Source of the DNA: Octopus sinensis
Taxonomy: Eukaryota
Direction of reading: 5' to 3'
DNA: 64,000 nucleotides
NCBI RefSeq assembly: GCF_006345805.1
Contig: NC_043011.1
Span: 34,174,464-34,238,463, forward strand
In this document: positions 1 to 12,692 of the stretch, piece by piece
Layout of the letters: the number at the start of each line of letters is the position of its first letter
Numbering within the stretch: position 1 is the first letter of the stretch
Notes under the pieces: model-generated
The model's input: only the letters and a program-made list of their open reading frames with translations
Databases searched by the model: none
Told to the model about the DNA's origin: nothing
Translations under genes and position numbers: made by a program

Positions 1-700
1 ATTCACTTTATTTAGCAAACTTTCATAATGGCGTCTCCAAACCTGTCTTTTTGCAGCTTTGTTTAAAGCAAGTGAACCATCACCCATGCGGACACATTTC
101 TCTCCTAGGACGTCGCAATTCTCTCTCACACACTGTCTTGCAACAGAAAAATACTTCAAGTCTTTGGTCCTCACGGCACAGAACATTGGCAAATTTTTCC
201 TTATCTGCTTCCCCTCTGGCTAAATAAACCTGTCTCCAAGCTTCCCTTTTGGCAGTCTGATACAATTCCCTGCTACCACCGGTCTTCAAGTCCTTCAAAG
301 CCTGTTTCTTTTCCTTACTAGCCCTGTCAACAACATTGTTCCACCACCACATTACCTTGGGTTGAAAGGAGACTTTGCACCATCCACAGATCTGGTCACT
401 AGCCCTCAAAAGGTTGTCCTGTAGAAACCTCCAGTTGTCTTCCACAGCTTTGAGTAATATGTCTCTCAATCTCTTTTTGCAGGATCCTTAAGCTTCCAGA
501 CCCTTCTCCTCCATTCTGGTCGTCTTCTGGGCATCCATTTAGCCCTGATCCTGAAGTCGCTAACTACTAATCTATGTTGTGGGGTACATTCTTCACCTGG
601 GAAGGTTTGGGCATTTACAAGTAGTTGTCTTTCCTGTTTCCTGGTGAGGATGTAGTCAATTGGACTAGTGTGTCTACCAGATTGGTAGGTGACTAAATGG
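1..700 (-). mobile_element. Degenerate RTE-clade LINE fragment (end of APE endonuclease and linker)
   Basis: Minus-strand ORF 80-469 has the WWWN linker motif typical of RTE ORFs. 540-700 is closely similar to 37980-38130, whose continuation encodes the APE motif TYQSGGHTSQIDYIL. Confidence 0.75.
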
Positions 701-944
701 TCCTGAATATGCTAATGAATTACCATTTAGTAATTATGATACTTCTACAATTGAAGATAATTTTAATAAATAATGAATTTATGTATTATGGTATTTGATA
801 CTTGTCAATTGTCTACATTGTTCACATAAATGCCAGTACCAGGCAGAGGTGGTTTCCAGCAGTAAGAGAAGCTTAAGAAGAAATAAATGGAAATTTGTCG
901 GCAGAACAAAGTTAGTAACCATAAGTCACCTCTTACACTCTCAG

Positions 945-1211
945 TGTTGTGATGAGAGTCAAGGTACCCTCTTGTGAGGAATGGATTGAACCGAGAGAGT
1001 GTATGTAGTTTGTGTTATTTCATAGTGAAGTTCGAGAGTGTGGCTTGGTTTGTTCATTTGGAATATTTGTTCGTTCTTGAGAGATAGTTACATTGTTATT
1101 GCTGCTGCATTATCTTATTTTATCACACTGGTACCACATATTTTAGGCCATTATCCCAATAGTGGTGGTACTACTATATTGGATACAAACCATGTTACAG
1201 CATCTGGCGAC
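945..1211 (+). mobile_element. Possible Gypsy-like LTR (TG...CA) followed by a primer-binding site
   Basis: TGTTGTG at 945, ...TTACAGCA ending 1202, then TC and TGGCGAC at 1205-1211 (PBS-like). Downstream DNA is weakly gag-like. No second LTR seen. Confidence 0.3.
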
Positions 1212-2447
1212 AAAAGGCTCGAAGATCACGTAGCATGTAATTCACCTGCAAACTAAGCATTAAATTCTTTCTTACCAGATTGTCAGCCTTCTGAAATTCC
1301 CTTGCCCATGTTATTTCCTCTGCAGCCATCCACACATTTTATTCGAGATCAACTACATCAATCTTACCAGTTTTGAAGGCACAGCTCTTGCCTTTTGTCT
1401 CAGAAGGAATGCAAAAGGCAAGGATACAGCCCCCTTTATCCAGCCAAATTGTTCAAATAAAACATGGGAAAAAAAACAACCCAAACACCCACAACTATTC
1501 CTGTGAATTAGTAAGCTGTATACTATATCAAACTGAGCCTACATCATCATCTTTAACATGTCTCACAGCTAGAACCTTATACTAAATATTTTATCCAATC
1601 ATTTATCTCCAGAATGGCAGCCTCTACATGGAATCACATTCTCATCAGACATTAATTTACACAAGTTGAAAAAAGATATCATCTACATTCACATGACCAG
1701 TTTAGGAAAGCCTGCAGATGTTCTCTTGCTCGCACTATATAATAGTACTAACAAGAATTTCTAACAAAGGCACATAGCCAAAAATTTTATAGGAGGACAT
1801 AATGTCAACTATATCGACCCACTCCTTATCTAGTATTTTATTTCATTGCCCACAGAAACAGAGAAATGTGAAGTGTGTTGACAATGCTAACTAACCCTTT
1901 CATGACTTAAATTCTGATAGGTAAACTGTTTCATTAAATCTCTAGTGCCAGTTTAGCATACAGTAAATGTGGCCATTTACAATTTAGCATGCTATCTGAT
2001 GCCAATTCTAGACCATAGCTCTAACCCTAACATAAACCATAACAAGGTATGCACACAATGTAAACAAAAGGAGAAACAAAACCAAATAAAGTGTAAATCA
2101 ATTTTAATGCAGGATATTACAATTTGTGATGCAAATACGAAGTACACAGAGTTCATGCAGAAGTTGAAAAGTCATGCAGGCTTGCAACAAATTTCAAAGC
2201 AAGTTTCATTGAAAGATACAAACAGTGATTGAATCAATTTTTAATTTCTTTTTTTAGTAGTCTGGGGAGAAATTCCGAAATTTTGGAGGGAGGGGGCCAG
2301 TCGATTAGATTGTCCCCAGTAAGCAACGGGTACTTAATCTATCGACTCCGGCAGCAGGCAAAAAAACCTGCACTAAGAATTGTAAGTAAGGGCATGAAGA
2401 AGAAATAGGCAATTCCTACACAAATATATTTAAAAGAATGAAAGGGG

Positions 2448-2835
2448 AAAACTGCCCTTCAAAAGGAAAAGATCCATACGAAGTTTAAAAGTGTTTAGTT
2501 AACTAGAAATTGTGTTGAAAACTGTTTTAGGGTTAGGGGTGGGGGGAAGGGTATATTTTTTCTCCAGAAATGTAAATAAACCCAATCTGTTTCTTAAATG
2601 AGGGACATATTCATACGGCACAGAATGTTTTCACCTCAATAGACGGTCATTGATTGGTTGAAATTGCCGAAATGCAATAAATTAAAGACCAAATATCTTA
2701 CAAACTATAGAATTTTCTCAATAAAGCCAAGAGAAAAAGATGTTTTATAAACACTTTCTACCAGTATACGAAGTTTAAAATTTTTTAGTTACCTAGAAAT
2801 TATGTTGAAAACTGCCGTTCAAACCGAAAAGATCC
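2448..2835. mobile_element. Partial copies of the GGATCTTTTC-terminated MITE/foldback family
   Basis: Two right-end motifs (..AAAAGATCC ending about 2475 and 2835). Internal sequence is shared with 16122-17072 and 62537-62936. Confidence 0.75.
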
Positions 2836-3053
2836 ATTAAAACATATCGGAAGTTCAGAAAAAATTAACTGAGAACCGGATAAATGAAATACTACATTGT
2901 TTTTAGATATATATAATTAATTTTTTTTATACTATTATTAATTAATTAGAGTTAAGAATTCAGTGAGAAAGAGAAAGTTTCAAGGAGAGGTTTCTGACAA
3001 GTTTTCAGCACATTTTGAAAACCGATACACAAATTCCCTCGACACCGGTCAAA

Positions 3054-3125
3054 ATGAAAGCCGTGTTTTGGAAGTCTGTTGTTAATTCAGACGAAGAAAC
3101 GTCAAAATATGTTCTTGAGACCGAT
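3054..3125 (+). CDS. CRYZL1: CRYZL1 coding exon 1 (MKAVFWKSVVNSDEETSKYVLETD)
   Basis: AAAATG start, donor GTGAGT at 3126, phase 0. Resembles the human CRYZL1 N-terminus ([24 protein letters not shown], recalled) and joins exon 2 in frame. Confidence 0.85.
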
Positions 3126-3323
3126 GTGAGTTGTTTTCCTTACCATCAGATATTGTTATTATCTTAATTGTTATTATTATAAGCGTTTGTTTCTTGTGTC
3201 AAAGTGATCGAATTTTCCATCTTTCTGTTAATACTTAAAACATGGCAACAGTTGTGGTTATTGATTGATTTATAATATCAGATTGCCCATACAATAGCTT
3301 GTAAATTTACTTATAACTAGAGA

Positions 3324-3389
<66 letters not shown>

Positions 3390-4703
3390 GTAAAAAATAA
3401 ATACAGACATGGACAAGAACATGAAACATCAAAGAGACGACACAAGAACCACAGGACGGGACATTCGAAGCCCTCAGTCATCAGTCAAGAACCAGATCAT
3501 CTTCGCAATTTCGGCTGATTAATCTTGTGTATATATATATATATATACACACACACACATTCACAGACACTGTGTATTCTTTTCTTTTTATTTAAACATA
3601 TAACTTCTTTTTTTTTCTTTTTGTAAGTGGTACCGCATGACCGATTGAATCGGTCACGGCATGCCCACTGGTACTAATTTCTCGTCTATAGCGAGGCTAA
3701 AGGCTGAGACAACACCGCACGGCTTGAACATGACACTTAAAAGACACGAAAACAAATTTTCTAAGGCCTATGTTCCGAAGCTGTACCGTTTCCATTAACC
3801 ACCTGCACCTTCTATTATTAGTTCAATACAGTAAATACTCATAGCATTCTGGCTGGATCAATGAACCCCTTCATGCCAGCTGTATAGTTCAATGCTCAGA
3901 CAAAAGAATTTAACATAATTCTCTTGTTTCTTTTGCTATTCTCCCCACCGCACATTTATTTATTGCACTGCATCGCTTTATTTCCACATAGTCACTGAAA
4001 TTCTTCAGAACACTTTTAGAATGTATCTGTAATGTGTATGATTTCCCCAATAGTGTGTCATTCTTTTACGTAAGAAATATAATAACCATACTAATTTATG
4101 AGGAAGACTCATTATTAGCCACTGACATTCGTTAGTGACGAGGATGTAGATGTACGACGAAATACTACTAACATTTTGTATAGTATTTTAATGTAACGGT
4201 TGATGTGTGTTTTAAAAAGTTGTTGTAATGTTTCCACGACGTACTTATTTCAGTTTCAACATATGATTTCTAATCCAAACTACTTGCTAAATAAATACAA
4301 CTCCGAAAACGCAGAGCCATGTTTAATGTGAAAACAAAAGGGGCGTTTCTTAGTAGACGAATTCACACTACTATCTGAAAATAGCCTCTACCAGCATTCG
4401 CAACAACACTCAGGATTTTTTCTCTGTGACGATAACTTGTCTTCACAACACTTTTCGACTTGTTTTTCCGTTATCCTGACCCCCACTCCTATGAAAGCAA
4501 TAACTTTGTTATTATTATTATTATTATTATTTTTTTGCACCTGCAAGAAAGTGAATTAATTGTAATTACTGTTACGGTGTCACGTTTCTTCTTCAAAGAA
4601 AATGAGATTTTCTGATATCAAATAAACTGGAAAGCAAAGCCTTCTGGTTTACTTCATGTTACCAAAAGTGGGATGTTTTTCAAACAACCCTTTTCCTCTA
4701 AAG

Positions 4704-5227
4704 TAGGGGTCACCAAACTACGGCCCGCAAGGGCAGTTCATCTTGCCCTCCACCGCCCTGTATCTTTTGTGTAAGTACCAGCAATGATAGTTCATTTGCA
4801 TTTGGTATGGCAATAGTGTTTAGAACAACTTATGTCTGTGAGCAAACATTTTCAGTAATGAAGGATGTGAAGTCAGCACATCGAACGAGGTTGACTGACG
4901 AACATTTCAAAGCAATTCTCTTGGTTGGATGCAGCAATTCCTAAGCAAATATTGATAATATCTTAAAAGCTAAACACCAGTTACACAAATCCCACCAACC
5001 TTTTCTGCTGCTTAGTTTGTGAGATTCGGATATGTGCATACTGAGTGTGGTATAACTATCTTATTGCTAAACGTCGCCTTCGTTGATAACATTTTGGTAA
5101 ATAAATGTTGTTTGTCTTTACTTTTTGTGTATTCACTGTAATGTATTGAACAAAATCGTTATATGGCCCCCACTTGTCATTCTCTCAGTTATCTGGCCCT
5201 CTGTGAAAAAAGTTTGGTGACCCCCTA
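4704..5227 (+). mobile_element. hAT (Charlie/SPIN-like) internally deleted element retaining the C-terminal dimerisation-domain segment
   Basis: TIRs TAGGGGTCACCAAACT / AGTTTGGTGACCCCCTA. 8-bp TSD CTCTAAAG/CTCTAAGG. 4801-4941 translates FGMAIVFRTTYVCEQTFSVMKDVKSAHRTRLTDEHFKAIL (hATC motif TY.CE..FS.M...KS..R.RLTD). Confidence 0.88.
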
Positions 5228-5726
5228 CTCTAAGGTTACGATTTTTCAGATTATGGATCTCTTTGGAGATGGATTAGCGTCGGAAAAAAAATTGCCCTGC
5301 AGCATTTATCCTGTCTCTTCTGCCAAAGACAAATTTTACCTTTCATTCTTCTTGGGGTTGACAAAATAAAGTACTAGTGAAGTACTCAGATCAATAGTAT
5401 CGACAAATCCCCTCTCCCTAAAACTACTAGCCTTGTGCCAAATTTTGAAACAATTATTATTAATTTTCATTTATTCACTAAACTTTTGATTTATTTATCA
5501 TGCCTCAGCTCCATCCTGCAACTTAGAGATGTAACACTTTCCTCAACACATGAGCTGCTCCAAGTATTGCTGTCAACTGAATATTTCCTATGAAGTTTGG
5601 TATTTTCGGCTTTTGATGCCAGAATATTACTCTCTTTGAGACAGTCCCAAGTGCACTGATAACAATAGGTACAACACTCACTTTTGAGGCTCTATGGATT
5701 CGTTTTACTTCAAATACTAGGTCTTG

Positions 5727-5765
<39 letters not shown>

Positions 5766-5803
5766 TAGGCAGCAAGCTGACAGAATCCACGCTGGGTGAA
5801 ATG

Positions 5804-5839
<36 letters not shown>

Positions 5840-6410
5840 GCGCAACATTTCTTGTCTTTAAATTCATAATAATGGAGAGATGAAATCTGAAAATGCATGT
5901 GAAATGAGATGATCATTATCATTTAACATCTAATGGACAGCCCAACAGTCAGTGGGAAGTCAGAAGACTGCAGCAAGCTCTGTTGTCTACTTTGGTATGG
6001 TTTCTCTACCTGATATCAACCACTTTATAGAGTGTACTGAGTACTTTTTATGTAGCACCAACAGCAGTGAGGTCAAAGGTCAACTAGTAAATTTGCAGGA
6101 CAAGATCCCCTTGACTGGGGGAGGGGAGTTGCATTGAGAAGTAGAAAACGATGTTTTGCATTAGAGGTGAAACATGGCTACCTTGGGTGAAGAGTGGAGA
6201 TGGTACACACACATAAATACATGTAATTATACCATATGTTACACATTTATTATATCATACCTTGATACTGTGTGGACTAAGATTCCTGTTGACAGGCTGC
6301 TGGTGTTTATAGAGTGTTAAACACTTTTGGTATGCAGATTAGGGACCCCTTCATAGAGTAACTGCTGCATTTGTTGAGTATATAAACAGTTTAGCTGATT
6401 GTTTCTCTGT

Positions 6411-6462
6411 GAATGCCTCTGATGAGAACCCAGTAAGATTCGAAGATTGATTAAGGTTGTTC
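6411..6462 (+). ncRNA. Degenerate minimal type I hammerhead ribozyme motif
   Basis: CCT-CTGATGA-GAACC..GATTC-GAAG-ATTGAT-TA-AGG. Stem I CCT/AGG; core GAAA mutated to GAAG. Confidence 0.45.
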
Positions 6463-6535
6463 ATCCTTTTTTTAAGTCGGCAGAGAAATGGTTAAAATTT
6501 GCCCTGTTTATAATTATACCATTATATATATATAT

Positions 6536-6918
6536 ATATCATCATCATTTAATGTCCGCTTTCCATGCCAGCATGGGTTAGACGATTTTGACTGAGGACT
6601 GGCAAACCAGATGGCTGCACCAGGCTCCAATCTTGATCTGGCAGAGTTTCTACAGCTGGATACCCTTCCTAACACCGACCACTCCGAGAGTGTAGTGGGT
6701 GCTTTTACGTGCCACCAGCACGAGGGCCAGTTAGGCGGTACTGGCAACAGCCACATTCAAATGGTGTTTTTTATGTGCTACCTGCACAGGAGCCAGTACA
6801 GCGGCACTGGTAACGACCTCACTCGAATGTTTTTTCACGTGCCACTGGCACGACGCTGGTAACAATCATGCCTGAATGGTGCTTTTTACGTGCCACCGGC
6901 ACGGAAGCCAGTTGGCTA
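6536..6918 (-). mobile_element. RTE-family 3' tail / non-autonomous copy with (GAT)n tail
   Basis: ATCATCATC..TTCCATGCCAGCATGGG motif recurs at about 10890-11080, 24100, 34300, 51550 and 56980; it follows RTE-coding remnants at 33720-34330. Confidence 0.65.
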
Positions 6919-7127
6919 TATATATATGTTTTTTAAAGCCAAATTATATCTTCAAAGATAAATACATATTTCTATCTATTTTTTTACTTTAAAAATTAAA
7001 TATTTGACATAATAAATGTGTTGTAGAAAATAATCCTAATGTTTTAAGTTTATAATTTAGTTAATGGAGTTTTTTTCTATTAGAAAATTATTATTTATTT
7101 CTTAAATATTGTTTAACTATTATCATT

Positions 7128-7227
7128 AACCTGAAGATTAACTATAATTTTAAATTGAATTTATTTCAATTGAATTTAAACTTAATTGTAATTCTAATTT
7201 AATTGTAGCCATGAAACGTACATAGTG
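7128..7227 (+). ncRNA. Degenerate hammerhead motif with long AT-rich stem II (Penelope pLTR relic)
   Basis: AAC-CTGAAGA (7131-7137)..CTATAATT/AATTGTAG..GAAA (7213)-CGTACA-TA-GT. Same repeat family as 11140-11500 on the opposite strand. Confidence 0.45.
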
Positions 7228-7507
7228 TTTTTACATATTATATTATATATTTATCATTCATTTTATACTTTTTGAGATCTAGTTATAAGTTATATATTAA
7301 AAAAAGAAAAAAAATTATATATGTATATATTGGTCATTTATGTATTGGTTTCTGTCTATCACTGTTTGAGTTGCAGTGGTTTTATCTCTAATTTATATTT
7401 TATATATTTATACTGTGAAATTTGATTTAATACTAAATTTAATTTTTCCCTGTAAGTTTGGAGTTATACTCCCTAATATTATATATATATACACACACAC
7501 ACATATA

Positions 7508-7960
7508 GTTATTAGTGACAGAAGCAGCATTAATCCCAAATGTAATATTTATCGCAAGTGCATTTATACAGTGAAAGCCAATATGAGAGTTTTTGTCATG
7601 GCAACTTCCACAATATTTTGTGTTCTAACAGAACATCCATTTTTAAGTGTGGCTTTTGGCATTAATTCTGTTTCTGTCACTAATAATTACATTTTAATAA
7701 GCCCACTGGCCAATTGTGACACCAGTATCTGTTCTGGCACTGTGATTCTATACATTACTAACAAAGATACATTGCTGCTGTCTCTAGCATCCAAGTGGTC
7801 GCTGTTAACAAGACCATGGAAGACTGAAATCACATGATCTGATGGTCTCAGCAGTGGTGGATGATTTACCTCCCCTGCTACTGATATAAACAAGAATGCC
7901 TTTATGCGCTGAAAGCCAATCTGAAAGAGTAAAAGAATATTATTATATGTAAATATACAA
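7508..7960. repeat. Unclassified dispersed repeat, second copy beginning about 24385
   Basis: ATTAGTGACAGAAGCAGCATTAAT..GTAATATTTATC at 7511 matches ATTAGTGACAGAGGCAATATTAAT..GTAATATTTATC at about 24384. Confidence 0.5.
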
Positions 7961-8015
7961 CTAAAATGTGCTTCATAAACAAAATACATATGTTTTATAT
8001 TTTCTTCATCTTCAG

Positions 8016-8093
8016 CTGCCTGTTCCATCTCCTGGCAAAAATGAAGTTCAAGTGAAGGTCAAAACCTCAGCTCTCAGTCCTATCAACCAGAAG
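8016..8093 (+). CDS. CRYZL1: CRYZL1 exon 2 (LPVPSPGKNEVQVKVKTSALSPINQK)
   Basis: TTCAG acceptor, AAG|GTATCT donor; MDR GroES-like V.VKV.A.AL...N motif. Confidence 0.93.
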
Positions 8094-8219
8094 GTATCTA
8101 TTTTGTTATTGTTACAGGGTGTTTTGTATTGCCATTCATACATGAAATGTCACAAATTAGGTAGGGGTTGGGGCTGATAAAAAAATGTTTAGAGATGAAA
8201 AATGACAAAGTTACATTAA

Positions 8220-8437
8220 CCCTTTTGTTACCATATTTCTGTTAAGATGCTCTGTGTTTCTTTCAATTTTAAATATAACAAAGAATTTAGTGAAATAACT
8301 TAGTTATCATTAAGATAGTGTTAGGAACATAAACTGTCACTAAAGTTTGGTGGAAGATTTTAATTCAAAACTTATGAAAACAAGACATTTGTATTACAGA
8401 GCCAGAGCTGGTTTCAACCGGGTTGGTATCGAAAGGG
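8220..8437. mobile_element. piggyBac-like MITE
   Basis: TTAA on both flanks; TIRs CCCTTTTGTTACCA / TGGTATCGAAAGGG. Related decayed sequence at about 36090-36470. Confidence 0.8.
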
Positions 8438-8514
8438 TTAAAAAGAAATAGAAGGACATTATGCATAGAAAATGCTTCAAAAATTTTTAATAATAAAAAT
8501 AATAATAATAATAA

Positions 8515-9073
8515 ATGCCCTGATGCAGTACCAGACAGTGGCTCTCATGGCTTCTGATATTAACTGATTGGAAGTGTTATCATGTACGTTATTTTGTCTT
8601 GGTATAAAAGATGGGCTACAGCAAATATTCTGCTCAATATCATACGAGATTTGCTTGTCAGTTGTTTGACCTTAACCAGTTGATCATGTCCCTTAGTGGC
8701 TGACAACATGTGCATCTCTGACCACAAGCAGAAGTAGTGGGGGAGCATCATAGCCATGTGTTGAAAGGAATTCTTGGAGGTTTGGATAATTCACCTTTGG
8801 AAACATGGGTGGTTCGTTCAACATCCTTAAACAATCCTTATTCAGGGACCTTTTGAGCAGGATGGGCTACTCAACGAGAAGAAAATTCTAACTGGGCCCC
8901 ACCTGCAAGGTCATGCGCTGTTTATCTTGATATGAGATCACCATGTCGTGCACATTTGGTTGTGATGCATGTGCCTAGTGTACCTTTATCAGACAGGTAG
9001 TCATGATGGGTATACTGGGCTTCGTATATTTTACCCCAGTGTCACTTTGATGGCATGTGCTGCTCTCTCACTC
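8515..9073. repeat. Unclassified interspersed repeat embedded between (AAT)n tracts
   Basis: Higher-complexity block flanked on both sides by AATAATAAT runs; no coding motif recognised. Confidence 0.4.
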
Positions 9074-9679
9074 AATAATAATAATGATGATAATGATGAT
9101 GATTTCAAATTTTTGCACAAGGCCAGTAATTTCAGGAGGAGGTTAAGTCAGTTGCATCAACCCCAGTACCTGACCAGTACTTACTTTATTGACCCTGAAA
9201 GGATGAAATGCAAAGTCATCTTTGATGGATTTTGAACTCATGATGTTAAGAGCTTGAAGAAATGCTGCTAAGCATTTTGTCTTGTATGCTAACAATTCTG
9301 CCAGCTCACCACCTTGATAATAATCCTTTCTACTATAGGCACAAGGCCTGAAACTGTGGGGGAGGGGATTAGTCAATCACATCGACCCCCCAGTGTTTCA
9401 CTAGATCTTATTTCGTTGACCCCGAAAGGATGAAAGGCAAAGTTGACCCCAGCGAAATTTGAACTCAGAACATAGTCATGGGCGAAATACTACTAAGCAT
9501 TTTGTCCAGCATGTGAACAATTCTGCCAGCTCATTGATGATGAGCCTTTCTTCTACAGGCACAATACCTGAAATTTTGGGGGATACTCAACTAGTACTCT
9601 TTTTTAATAATAATAGTAAACAACCTTCAAACCATATGACCTGTGTCTTTTTTTTTATTTCATGCTTTGACATTGATAG

Positions 9680-9806
9680 GTTCTTGATGAAGTATTCCGA
9701 AAAAATCCTGATCAGAAACATTATGCTGTGGGTCGAGATATAGCTGGAGTTATCACTCAAGTAGGGGAAAGTGTCTTGACATTCAAAGAAGGTGATGTTG
9801 TTGTAG
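9680..9806 (+). CDS. CRYZL1: CRYZL1 exon 3 (VLDEVFRKNPDQKHYAVGRDIAGVITQVGESVLTFKEGDVVV)
   Basis: TAG acceptor, G|GTAAGT donor; MDR motif GRDIAG.V..VG..V..F..GD.V. Confidence 0.95.
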
Positions 9807-11386
9807 GTAAGTATCTAACTTTAAAAATGACAATAATGTGATTTATTCAATTAAATTAGTGTATAAGGCTGAGATAGCTATCGATCTGTTGTTTAACTTC
9901 AAGTCAGATTTGAATGGCTGCTATTTCTAGCATATCAGGGTAAAGAGTAGACCCTCTTCGGTCATGAATGACCATGGGATTGCTCCTAGAAAGTTCCCCT
10001 CCAAGCACAAGCCCAGGCATGGTTGTTTATGGAAGACCAGCAGTTGTCCATGCATACCAACCTCCCCTCTCTATGCCACTGATATTATCCAAGGAAAAGG
10101 CAAAGGCTGATACAGCTTGGCACCATTGACATTGCAACTTTTTTGTACCAATTTGTGAACTGGAGCAACGTGAAATAAAGTATTTTGCTGAAGAACACAA
10201 CACACATTTTTCACATACAGACCCCTTCAATTTCTATTTTGCTCAGATAGTCTTTTGATGTTTAAAAAAATCTTATTATATTTTTAAAATTAAATATTAA
10301 TAGAATTATATAAAACATGGTTAAAACAGTTTGTGTATTGTAGAAATATAACCGTTTTCTTGTGCATAAATTTTAACAACAAAATCTTATATGGACCCAT
10401 AGGTCATATGGACACCAGTTGAGAACTAATGGTAAAAAGGGTTCTTTAGAAAAATGATGACATAATACATTTTGAACAATAGATCGTAACTTCAAGACAT
10501 AGGTCTACTTGAGCAGAGCTGACCCTGAGTTAAACAACAGCAATAGGATTAAATTGAACATTGTTTTAGAAGAAATGCAACATAAAAGCAGGACATGTAT
10601 TTTGTGTAGAAAATTTAAATTAGATATAAATAAACTCTGTTACTTGTATTGAATATTTTTTTCTTTCAGTGATACACCCAACTAAATGTATGTGTATGTG
10701 TGTATACACACACATGCAAAAAGCACCCATGCTGGTGTTATATAAAAGGCACCTATGCTGGTGCCATGTAAAGTGGATGCATTAGGAAGGGCATCAAGAT
10801 GTCAAACTCTTACCAAACAGACAATTGGAGCCTGATGCAGCTGTTTGGATTGCCACCTCTTGTCAAACCATCCACTTATGCCAGCATGATAATCATCATC
10901 ATCATCATTTAGCGTCCGTTTTCCATGCTAGCATGGGTTGGACGGTTTAACTGGAGTCTGTGAAGCCGGAAGGCTTCATTAGGCCCAGTCAGATTTGGCA
11001 GTGTTTCTACGGCTGGATGCTCTTCCTAACGCCAACCACTCCGCGAGTGTAGTGGGTGTTTTTTACGTGCCACCTGCACGTAAATGGACATTAAATGATG
11101 ATGATGATGATATATAATAATAATAATAATAATAATAAATTGAGGGAATATTATTCCAAACTTACAGGGAAAAATTCAATTTAGAAAGACTAAATCAAAT
11201 TTCACAAAATATAATATATATATAAATTAGAAAAAAAACACCTTTTATCAATTCAAAACGAAAAATTAAATTACACCATCTAGAATATTACATATAATAG
11301 AAATATTAAATATCAGATAAAAAATAACATACCGATGATTTAGTAATGTGCAAAATAATAAATGAAACGTATATATTTGGTAGAAT

Positions 11387-11489
11387 AATGACATGTGTTT
11401 TGTGGCTATATTTAAGAAATGATTATAGTAAAAATATTAGTAGTAGTAGTAAAAATCACTTCAATATAAATATAGCCACTCATCAGGTT
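11387..11489 (-). ncRNA. CpG-decayed hammerhead motif with perfect 13-bp stem II base
   Basis: Minus strand: AAC-CTGATGA-GTGGCTATATTTA..TAAATATAGCCAC-AAAA-CACATG-TC-ATT. G12 reads A and stem I has one mismatch; both are explicable as CpG transitions. Confidence 0.55.
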
Positions 11490-11634
11490 AAAAATATCTA
11501 CAATAATAAAATAAGTAATTAATTAATAAATATACGTCGCCTCTTGGAAGAACAACAGTGTGTCACTTCTCACTGCTATGGTTCACGTTCGAATTTCTTT
11601 TACTGAAAGGTGTTTTCTTCTTTCTTACTTTCAG

Positions 11635-11703
11635 GCGTGGTTCCGCTTTCCAGCATTAATTCTGGCTGTGCCGAATATTGTATATTCCATGAATATGACA
11701 TTG
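11635..11703 (+). CDS. CRYZL1: CRYZL1 exon 4 (GVVPLSSINSGCAEYCIFHEYDI)
   Basis: Polypyrimidine tract plus CAG, G|GTAAGT donor; phases 1/1 fit the neighbouring exons. Confidence 0.93.
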
Positions 11704-12353
11704 GTAAGTAGAGAGCTGAGTTTCTCTATTAGTTTTTTTATTTTGTTGTTGCTGCTGCTGCTGCTGCTGTTGTTGTTTCAACACCCCATCTTCTCCAAGA
11801 TCAGTATTGAGTGAATGGATGTATTGATCAAATGTGTTCCTGTAATGACCATCCTGTTTTCTTGTTTTGTTTTGTTTTATCTTATTTTTTGTATGGCTTT
11901 TACAGCAGAGAGAGAAAGAGAGTATTCTCCTGTAGAAACCATGCTAAAATGGAAAGTACAAGTGAGATGTGGTCCTCAACACATCCAGAGAAGCAATTTG
12001 TTCATATAAAAACTGGCAATGACCTCGCTTGAATATTGTTTTTCACGTGCCACTAAGGCGACACTAGTAATGATCATGCTCCAATGGTGCTTTTTACATG
12101 CCAGTGGCACAGAAGCCATTTAGCTGCCCTGGCAACGATCACGGTTAAATGGTGCTCTTAGCACTCCACTAGCATGGATGTCAGTCATCGAATTCAATTT
12201 CAATTTCACTTGCCTCAACAGGTCTTCACAAGCAAAGTTTAGTGTCCAATGAAGGAAAGATATGCATAAGTGGGCTGGTTACACTCCTGGCATAGGCCAC
12301 AGGTTATGGTCTCACTTGGCTTGCCGATTTTAACATATCCATATGTGTATATA

Positions 12354-12422
<69 letters not shown>

Positions 12423-12692
12423 ATACACACACACATATACACTCACATATACATACACATACACATATATTTATATATATATATACACACACATACATAT
12501 ACATATATACTCATACATATACATATTCACACACATATATGCATATGTATATATGTGTATATATCTGTACACACACAGACTATACCATTTGTACTCTTTT
12601 CAAATGCGTCAGATATTTTATAATCTTATACTTTTTAATGACATCTTATTCTATTCTGTTATTTCTCACATTCTTTCTTTCCTTCTTAATAG

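Noticed and set aside
7376-8028. 153-aa (+) and 113-aa (-) ORFs in CRYZL1 intron 1
   Set aside because: They overlap a dispersed repeat with a second copy near 24385; no recognisable domain or splice support.
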